Origin: Eimeria praecox
Taxonomy: Eukaryota
Length of the DNA: 64,000 nt
Assembly: GCA_963920595.1 (NCBI GenBank)
Contig: OY986948.1
Location: 3,038,001-3,102,000 of the forward strand
Direction of reading: 5' to 3'
How positions within the stretch are numbered: the stretch's first letter is position 1; each line of letters starts with the position of its first letter. Position numbers and translations under genes: made by a program. Positions 53,997-62,544 of the stretch are shown piece after piece. The notes below the pieces were generated by a model, which saw nothing but the letters and a program-made list of their open reading frames with translations, was not told the origin of the DNA and searched no databases.

Positions 53997-54159
53997 TGTA
54001 GTGCACGCGCACTACAATATGACGCATATGGTAACCTTAGAGGTCTAATTTCCCGAACGGGAGCAATTCGAAATATAAACACACTTATATTGGAACTCTT
54101 TAGATAGAAAACAGGTCAAGATTGTTCGTCCGCCTACACGGGCTGTCAGAGAGGCTGAC
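53997..54159 (+). mobile_element. 5' part of an older related LTR (LTR-C), interrupted by element A; probable continuation at 60683-60721
   Basis: Starts TGTAGTGCACGCGCACTACAAT; shares TAGAGG.CTAAT and CTTTTAGATAGAAA with the LTR at 60722. Confidence 0.7.
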
Positions 54160-54564
54160 TGTAGTGCATGGGCACGACAATGGACCTTCGTCGTGACGCC
54201 TCGAGGCTTAGTAACATGGAAAGGCAAGATCATATAGCATGCATTAGGGATTAAGGCACCCTTAGATGGAAGGGAAGCATAAAGGGGAACAGAGCACTCG
54301 CCAGCCGACGCCGGCCTTGGGGCTGGATGCGCGGTTGGCGCTGAGACACTGGCGCTGACCCTCAGCAGGGGCCAGCCACCAGTTCTATTATTCTGGGGTT
54401 TTCCTCCTAACGGTAATACGAACTCGATTGTGTAGTTGAATATTAAGGGAGTTATTAGCGGTTTCTGCGAGACTATAGGCATAAGTGCGGGGAAGTAGCG
54501 TGTGCACTTATTCAGTTAGCGTAGGGGACTACGTAGTAACAGTGTAGGCCAGCTGTTCACTACA
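54160..54564 (+). repeat. 5' LTR of element A (405 bp, TGTAGTG...CACTACA)
   Basis: Terminal inverted repeats; by-eye count of about 14 substitutions plus 1 indel versus the 3' LTR (about 96% identity). Confidence 0.95.
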
Positions 54565-54566
54565 TT

Positions 54567-54584
54567 TGGGGGCCGTTCCGGGAA
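54567..54584 (+). promoter_or_regulatory. Primer binding site TGGGGGCCGTTCCGGGAA (tRNA-Pro-like)
   Basis: 2 nt after the LTR, begins TGG, identical to 61286-61303. Confidence 0.88.
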
Positions 54585-54700
54585 TTTTATGAATTGAAAT
54601 AACATGCAAAGGTCATTACACTTGATTTAAAAAAAGAAAAGCTCTTCTTCTTCTTGCACCAAAATCCGAGCGGGCATTCGCACCTAAGTGAACCACGGGA

Positions 54701-55536
54701 ATGGACATGATGCTACGCAAAGGAAAGGTGGTACAACCTTCTTTAGAGCCGGGCGCGGGAATGCCAAACGTCGTTGTAACCAGTAAGGAAGTCGCTGGGC
54801 ACCCTATTGAGTCGAAACGAACCGGTCCCACGGCAGGGGTGGGCCGACAGACACCAAGGAACAGAGACCGCGACGCTGGGGGTCACAAGGATCGCGAAAT
54901 GAATCAAGCCTGGATGGAAGCGGGAATGGCCGAATTTTTTCGGCAATTTGCAACTCAGATGGCTCTGGGGTTACGATCTGCACCCCCGAGGGCCATAGGG
55001 TACGAGGACGGCAGGAACATGAGAATTTTCCTTGACCTTGTGGAGTTAGATTTCGTCGAACGAGGGCTAGAAGCTCGGCAGTGGGGAGAAGAACTAAAAC
55101 AATATCTGACTGGCGACGCCTTGGGTTGCTGCTTGTACTTGCGCCGCACGGGGACGCGGCACCATGGAGGGATTCATATGAAGAGCGTCTCCGATTCCAG
55201 AGGGAATTAGAAGACGCCAAGCACAGATGGGCTAACGGAGGACGAGAGCCGGGCCCGCAGCGAGAACGGGCGAGCAGGGGAACCAGATGGAACGACGCTA
55301 CAGATTCACGCTGTTTTGAATGCAGCGGAAGGGGGCATGTTGGCAGAGACTGCCCACTCCGCAAGGGAGTGACGCGACGGAATGGGGAAACATGCTCTAG
55401 ATGTGGGGGACGGGACCACTACGCAAGAGACTGCCCTACCCCAGCTCGACCTAGAGCAGAGCCCGCCAGGGCGCCCAAACAGCAGCAGATGCGGCCACGC
55501 GTTGAGCAACCGGGACATTTAAACGACCAAGCCTAG
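54701..55536 (+). pseudogene. gag: gag of element A with a frameshifting internal deletion; two CCHC zinc knuckles
   Basis: Aligns to element B Gag up to RRTGT, resumes in another frame at PWRDSY about 95 codons later; CFECSGRGHVGRDC and CSRCGGRDHYARDC. Confidence 0.88.
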
Positions 55537-58500
55537 TCGTTGAGGGAGACGAGCGTACTAGGCGAACTATAAGTGGAACAGGTGCAATGTGCGCAGTAGC
55601 GACAGGCACTAACTCCATTCCAGTCTCCCCCAATTGGGGCAAGACGTTGCTTGCTAGAGAGGAGCCGGTGAATGCCGAGGGTCGGGACGTGGGGGAGAAC
55701 CCGCAACCCTTGGCAGTACAGTCGCACTCGGGAACTACGCCGCTATCTGAGGAAGGGCCTACGTGTAAGCGGGATCCCAACAGCGAACCGGGTATCGACG
55801 CGGCAGAAGGGGATCGTCCACAAGACACACGCACTCAAGAGCCACGGTGGTGGCGCGAGCACGGGGCACCGGAAGACACCACCTCCCGGGACACTCTGAG
55901 TAGTGTGGGTATGACAGCCATATTGAGGGTCGAATTGGCCGGAATACCATGCGAAGCCCTATTGGATACCGGCGCCTCAAGGAGCTTCATTAGTCCGGGA
56001 GCGGTTGAGCGCCTGCAGCTGAAAGTGTGGAGGCTGCCTGACGCGTGTGTGTTCACCGTAGCTAACGGTGCGCAGTTGAGGATAGATCGCGTGGTGAAGA
56101 GACTTACGATGTGGTGTGGGGTACCCATTTGTCCGGTGATTTCTTAGTCGGGCCTGTACCATATGACCTAGTAGTGGGGCTAGATTGGCTGACTAACCAC
56201 AGGGTAGCATGGTATTTCCAGTCTGATAAGCTACATACGTACGTGAAGGGCCAGTGGTGTGATCAACCCGTTGTTCGTACCAACGACGCCAAACTACGGA
56301 GTGGAAGTACTCAAGGGAGGCATCAGCGAACCCCAGCGGAGCAGGCGTACGATATACTGGCTAAGCAGGTAGCAGACATGACTAACGAAGAGGCTACGGC
56401 ACTCCTACGCCTACCCGCCAAGAAGTACAAGTCGCCTCCAAAGGGTAGGCGGAAGGCAGTGGTAGCTGTCCTGCTACAGCAGGCTACTGAGAACTCAGCT
56501 TGCATACGCCACCCCCTTCAAGGGCTCAACGCTATACTAGCTCTTCCCGCGGTGGAGTCGAACGTGGCTCTGCGCCTAGTGGAAGAGCGGCAAGGGGCCT
56601 TCTGTTGCGTTATGGTCGAAACCTCCCCTCCAAACCTCCATCACCAGTATCCTACAGCCACACCGACCTCCGCAGTCCCCGAGGACGAAGAGCCATCCCC
56701 CTCGTCAACGGTTAAACTAGAGTACTCGCAATTCGATGGGTGATAACGTCAGCGGAGGCGCAGGCAACTCCCCGCGCCATACTCGAGGTGTTGTGTTCCC
56801 TCCGTGCGGTCTTTCCCGATACACTTCCTACTGGAATGCCACCGAAGCGCTCTCACGACCACCGTATCCTCCTCGTGTCCGGGAAACTCCCTACGAAGTC
56901 TGCGATCTACCGCATGACCCCCGAACAGCTCCGATTCCACAGGGAGGAGATAGCCAAACTGTCTGCCCACGGGTGGATCGGCCCCACTTACTCTCCCATT
57001 TGCGCACCTACAATTATGGTAGATAAACGTAGCGAGGGGACGGGCGAGCGTAAGATGCGTATGGTGGTCAACTATCGAGAGGTGAACGCCCTTACGATCG
57101 TGCCTGACTTCCCCCTTCCACCTATTCAAACGATCCTCGAGATGCTAGGGGGCGCCCAATATTTTTCTACCCTTGACCTCGAATCCGGATTTCACCAGAT
57201 ACGGATGGCCAAGGAAGAACGGCGGAAGACTGCCTTCCGCTCTGTTATGGGGTTATTCGAGTATAAAGTCATGCCCTTTGGCCTCAAGGGCTCGCCCGTT
57301 ACCTTTCAAGCCAATATCAATGCCTACTTACAACATTTATTAGGTCAGGGCATCATCGCGTACCTTGACGATGTCCTCATTTACAGCCCAGACGGGTACG
57401 CGTAATCAGGTAGCGGACGCACTTTCTCGGCTCCCTTGCCACACTACCCCTTCCCCTCAACCCACCCCCAGCGCCCTCCCTCAGACCCCTCATGGGTCCC
57501 TTGCCGCTCTGAGGCTGGCGACCGACCCGCCCGACCCACCACACCAGACCCGGGGAACACGCACTGACTACCGGAAACTGCCGGCCTCCGCCGCCGCCCC
57601 TCTCGGAGACGCTCTTCGCCACCGCCCGTTCCTTCCCCGCCCCCTGCACACAGCCCAGCTCCCGAGTCTCCCACGCCGGCCGACCCGCCGAAGCCACCCA
57701 CCTCCCCTGTCCTCGACTGGCCGGCAGCGCATTCCAAGTGCCCTACGTTCAGCGAGCCTTACCGCAATGCCTCCAGCAAGCCGGGTGAAGTTGTTCAACT
57801 AGAGTTCCAGCATTGTCGCCACACCTTCCGTTACGTTCAGCCCTATTTACGTATATGTGTTAATGGCCTCTGCCTCATCTGCGTTCCTCAGTTCCTCGAG
57901 TTCCTCACTCACGTCCTGTACACCCACCACGATCACGTCACAGCAGGACACAGAGGCCAGAAGAAGACCTACCTAGCTCTAAGCAAACACTACTATTGGC
58001 CTGGCATGCGTTCGTACACGAACGCCTACGTGGAGTCCTGCACACAGTGTCGCGCATCCAAATCGCTCAATCAGAAACCCGCCGGCCTCTTACAGCAGCT
58101 GCTTATTCCCTCGCGCAGGTGGAGTCACGCTAGTTTGGATTTCGTCACCGACCTCCCCCTCACTGCCGCTGGGCATGATGCCATTCTGCTCGTAGTCGAT
58201 TCTCTCAGCAAGATGGCCCGCTTTATCCCTGCCAAGAAGTCTCACTCAGCCGCAGACATTGTAGAGCTCCTTGCTGATCGCCTCATCCGATGCCACGGTT
58301 TCCCAGACGTCCTTGTCTCTGATAGGGATCCTCGCTTCCAATCCGAAGTGTGGTCGCAACTGTGCTCACGTTTTAGTATTACACGGGCGATGTCTTCCTC
58401 CTACCAACCCCAAACTGATGGCCAGACCGAGTGGGTCAACCGCACCCTTGAGCAGATGCTGAGAACCTATATACAAGCCGATGAAAGGGAGTGGGAAGGT

Positions 58501-59208
58501 TTACTGCCTGCATTGGAGTTGGCGTACAGCACCACCAGTCATTCCTCCACCGAGCTTTCCCCCTTTGAGATCATGATTGGAGAGAAGCCCTTGACCGCAG
58601 CGGACCTGGACATTGTCGGCGTCTTATCCCCTACACTGACTCCCCCTATGACTAAACTCTTCAGGCAGCTCTGCGACAGGGCGCAGAGCCACATCCTGCA
58701 GGCGAAGTGGCGACAGAAGTACTACGCCGACGCCCACCGCCTTGCTGTGGAGTACAAGGTCGGCGACCAAGTATGGCTCAGCAGTAAACACTTACCGGCT
58801 CTCAATAATTGCACTAAATTTGAATCTAGATGCCGCGGCCCCTTCACGGTGACCGAACGTATTGGTACGGTCGCTTACCGTCTCGCTCTCCCTCCCACAT
58901 ACGAGGGACACAATGTCTTCCACGTATCTCAATTGGTCCCCCATCACTCCCGCGCACTGGCTTTGGTACCCCAAGAGGCTCCCGTGGGTTGGCCCCCCAC
59001 CCGTGACGATGACGGCAACCCCACGGACCAGTATCTCGTTGACTATATCCTGGACCAAAGGGGGACTGGCGCGGAGGCGTCTTATCTTGTCAAGTGGCGG
59101 GGTTTCCCAGAGGAATGGGCCACATGGGAACCAGCCCATCACCTCGCCGGGTGCATTGCTTTACTACGGGCGTGGAGGCGCCGCCAGCGCAACCGCCATT
59201 CACCCTGA
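55518..59208 (+). pseudogene. pol: pol of element A (disrupted): protease, RT, deleted RNase H, integrase and chromodomain
   Basis: LLDTGAS (about 55960); frameshift near 56120; TGA at 56741; LDLESGFHQI, VMPFGL and YLDD (57361); jump to NQVADALSR at about 57395; integrase LDFV..SDRD..QTE, GPF motif, chromodomain YLVKWRGFPEEWATWEP. Confidence 0.93.
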
Positions 59209-60238
59209 CCGGCGCCCCTCCTTCCCTTTCTCGCCTTCGCCCTCTCTTCCCTCTTCTCGCCAGCTACCGCCCGTTTCCCGCCCCGACAGCGGGGGGGGAA
59301 GGGGTGCAGGAGCACCCTATAGATCAGTACGTGTCATTTATGCGGCCAGAAACCTAGAGGGAGAACAGACACACGCACATACACGTAGTTACACGTGCGC
59401 ACAACGACCATACACACACAACAACATCGGCAGAAAGACCAATCCACAGACGACGTTCGTGCACGGTCTGCAGAGAGACCCTCACGCTAGTATTACACGG
59501 GGAGATGCTCAGTTTCAGGGAGCTAGAGTACCACACTCCACGCTAGGAAATGGTTACACAAGTACAAGTAGAAATTAGGGCAACGCAATGCCACACACAC
59601 ATCAGACAGAACCCCCCTTCCCCCAAGTACAAGAACACACGACAGAAAGTGGAATGATAGTTTAAATACTAGGTGTCAGCAGCCCCGCATCAGCTAGGAG
59701 GCACGCCACACGAACGTCAAACGCTAGCGCCGCCGCCGGCAATTTTTCCTGCGGCACGCGCTAGGAAGCCTAGCCGTAGTTGCTGCTAGGCTTAACGGCT
59801 ACACCTGTTGTTCACTAACACATTCTACAGTATAGGCGAACGCACTGGGACGTCAGGGAAGGGAAGTGGCAATACACATGCTGGGAGAGATAGGGGGACG
59901 TAGTGGATGCGTAGATAAGGGGGGAGCGTGCGTAGCCAGCATACAGCACACGCGCAGCAGCACAGCAGCAAAAGGGGCTCCGATAGAGATACACAACTAC
60001 GTAGGCTCATAGAAGAACAGCACCACGCGGAATGCCCCACTGCCCTGCGATTTAGAAGAGCCAGGAGAACCTGAAATTGCAACACACGTAGAGCACAAGT
60101 CCCGGCGGAGTCACACACGGCAGAGCAGCAGCACACACCCCTAGAGACAGAATGACGTAAGGGATAAAGTAAGGAAATGACTGAGATTAGAGAGGAACGG
60201 GAATAAGCGAAACCGACAAGCGGTTTCCGTTCGTTAAC

Positions 60239-60249
60239 AGGGGGGGAAG
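60239..60249 (+). promoter_or_regulatory. Polypurine tract of element A
   Basis: AGGGGGGGAAG 1 nt before the 3' LTR. Confidence 0.88.
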
Positions 60250-60250
60250 T

Positions 60251-60654
60251 TGTAGTGCATGGGCACTACAATGGACCTTCGTCGTGACGCCTCGAGGCTT
60301 AGTAACATGGAAAGGCAAGAACATATAGCATGCATTAGGGATTAAGGCACCTTTAGATGGAAGGGAAACATAAAGGGGAACAGAGCACTCGCCAGCCGAC
60401 GCCGGCCTTGGGGCTGGATGCGCGGTTGGCGCTGAGATACTGGCGCTGACCCTCAGCAGGGGCCAGCCACCAGTTCTAGTATTCTGGGGTTTTCCTCCTA
60501 ATGATAATACGAACTCGATTGTGTAGTTGATTATTAAGGGAGTTATTAGCGGTTTCTGCGAGACTATAGGCATAAGTGCGGGGAAGTAGCGTGTGGACCT
60601 ATTCATTTAGCCTAGGGGACATACGTAGTAACAGTATAGGCCAGCTGTTCACTA
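60251..60654 (+). repeat. 3' LTR of element A (terminal CA missing or displaced)
   Basis: Direct repeat of 54160-54562; ends CACTA followed by TTGTG rather than CA. Confidence 0.93.
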
Positions 60655-60721
60655 TTGTGTATTGTGTTCACTGTTGTGTACGCTGACGCAGTTGCGCAGG
60701 TTCAGACCCTCCCCGGCGGGG

Positions 60722-60887
60722 TGTAGTGCACAGGCACTACAATGGATCTCTGGTGAGGCCTCTAGAGGCCTAATATCATGAAAAGGAATGAACACTATAG
60801 AATATTTCAGGGATTAGGACACTTTTAGATAGAAAGGCAGCTTAACAGGGTCAGAGTGCTCACCAGCAGGTTGGGGCTGGGTGTGAG
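60722..60887 (+). mobile_element. First 166 bp of an A-related LTR (LTR-E), interrupted by element B
   Basis: Colinear with LTR-A from the terminal palindrome through AGGGATTA, TTTAGAT and TTGGGGCTGG; similarity stops at 60887 where a new TGTAGTGC starts. Confidence 0.78.
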
Positions 60888-61282
60888 TGTAGTGCCTGGC
60901 ACTACAATACCCCGGATTTAAGCTCCTAATTCGGCAAGAAAGAATTTAGTGAGGAGAAAACGAAAGGCCAATTAAGGTTTGCTAGTTGACTCGAAGCAGT
61001 CAACCGGCGGGGGGCTTGCTAGCTGGGAGACCTGGGGCTGGCAGCCGCTCCCGCAGCGGCGCAGCCACCCCCCAGCCCTGCACGAGCACTGCGGTGCTCG
61101 ATGTGGGGACACTGTAAAACGTTAGAATAATTTAGAATATAAAAAGTAGTTAAACGGCCTTTTATGTTTTCTTTTTAGAAACTCTAATTATTCAAAAAGT
61201 AGGAGCATGAATTGACCTGGTTCTAGTTTGCGACGCCAGCACCAGAGGTAGATTATGTAGCCTGAAGAAACGCGGCGCTACA
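60888..61282 (+). repeat. 5' LTR of element B (395 bp, TGTAGTG...CGCTACA)
   Basis: TG..CA ends, size like LTR-A, followed by the PBS. The second copy is not in the window, so the start could alternatively be 60722. Confidence 0.75.
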
Positions 61283-61285
61283 ATA

Positions 61286-61303
61286 TGGGGGCCGTTCCGG
61301 GAA
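61286..61303 (+). promoter_or_regulatory. Primer binding site TGGGGGCCGTTCCGGGAA
   Basis: 3 nt after the LTR end; identical to the element A PBS. Confidence 0.88.
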
Positions 61304-61425
61304 ACTTACTGAAATACTCTGGGAATGAATGAAATCAACTAAATACCATCACTCCCAAATAAGCCCATCCTATTCCTCGATGAACCCATAGGGATCCACA
61401 CACCTAAAGGAGACAAGGACTTGCC

Positions 61426-62544
61426 ATGCACTTGCGCGACGGGAAGGTGCTACGACCCCCACAGCTGCCGGGCTCCGAGATGTCTAACCCAATCATACCC
61501 CACCGAGAAACTTCGGGGCAACACACAGAACCGAAGAGAATGGAGCATAACCGGGATCTTGGTCCCCTCATCGCCGGGGAGGGACGCCCCGCCCCGCTGA
61601 GCAGAGAGCACGAAGGTGGGGGACGCATGGACCAAGGAGTGCCCTATGTCAAACTAGAGCCCGAAATGGTTGATATGTTCAAGCAGTTAGCCGTTGGAAT
61701 TAAATCGAGCCAACAGCGGATCACTACACACGAGGATGGAAGTAACATGAAAGCCTTCCTTGACTTCATGGAGCAGGAGTTCTTAGACCAAGATCTCTTA
61801 GAGATGCAGTGGGGATACGAACTGAGGAGATACCTGTCGGGCAAGGCCTTAGCCCATTGGCTGCACATGCGTCGAACCGGAACGCCATTAAACGACTGGC
61901 GGCTTGTGCGGGAGAACCTCTGTGCGCGGTTCTGCAGCACGTCGCGGGACAAGATGATTGAGAGGATGGCCTGGAATGTTTGGCGAGGGAACCACGTCGA
62001 CTATTCCTCACGTTTCGCAGATATCGTAATGGAAGGGGAGACGCTACCACCTGACGAGCTGTTAGGTTACTTCTTGGCTAATCTACCAATGGAACTACGA
62101 CGAGCCCTCACTGAAGGAGGAACGAGGAACTTCCTGGATTGGCAGGAGGCCGCCACAGCGCTAAGCGCCTTGGAGTCCCCTTGGAAGGCTTCGAGTGTGC
62201 GGTGGCAGCGATTCGAGCAGGAGCTAACGAACGCCAGGCGTAGAACGGGACCTGGCGGGCCGCCGAGTAGCCCACGGCGAGCTCCAACTAGGCAGGAAAC
62301 TCCACGGGGAGAAAACACACCAACCCGCTGCTATGAGTGCAGGGGGAAAGGACACCTCGGAAGGGACTGCCCGCTCCGCAATGGCGCGGTTAGGCGCACA
62401 GGAGAAACGTGCTCCCGATGCGGAGGACGGGATCATTATGCAAGAGACTGTGCGAACCCACGGGAGTCCCCCGGGCGACAGGATGGGCGTAAACCCCCAC
62501 TGGCCACCGCGAACGGAGAAGCGGGAACAAGCCGGTCAAACTAG
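61426..62544 (+). CDS. gag: Gag of element B, 372 aa, two CCHC zinc knuckles
   Basis: Open ORF; CYECRGKGHLGRDC and CSRCGGRDHYARDC; homologous to element A Gag. Confidence 0.93.
   Translation: MHLRDGKVLRPPQLPGSEMSNPIIPHRETSGQHTEPKRMEHNRDLGPLIAGEGRPAPLSREHEGGGRMDQGVPYVKLEPEMVDMFKQLAVGIKSSQQRITTHEDGSNMKAFLDFMEQEFLDQDLLEMQWGYELRRYLSGKALAHWLHMRRTGTPLNDWRLVRENLCARFCSTSRDKMIERMAWNVWRGNHVDYSSRFADIVMEGETLPPDELLGYFLANLPMELRRALTEGGTRNFLDWQEAATALSALESPWKASSVRWQRFEQELTNARRRTGPGGPPSSPRRAPTRQETPRGENTPTRCYECRGKGHLGRDCPLRNGAVRRTGETCSRCGGRDHYARDCANPRESPGRQDGRKPPLATANGEAGTSRSN

Larger units (their letters stand above)
54160..60654 (+). mobile_element. Chromovirus-type Ty3/Gypsy LTR retrotransposon A: two LTRs, internally deleted, non-autonomous
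   Basis: Paired LTRs, PBS, gag, protease, RT, integrase with chromodomain, PPT; domain order PR-RT-(RH)-IN-CHD. Confidence 0.95.

Noticed and set aside
54045..54482. Antisense ORFs over both LTRs of element A (also 60187-60606)
   Set aside because: They recur only because the LTR is duplicated; no protein features.
60712..60721. G-rich run as a PPT making 60722 a 3' LTR shared in tandem
   Set aside because: CCGGCGGGGG also occurs inside LTR-B (about 61004) and the preceding bases resemble LTR interior; nested insertion fits better, though this is not excluded.
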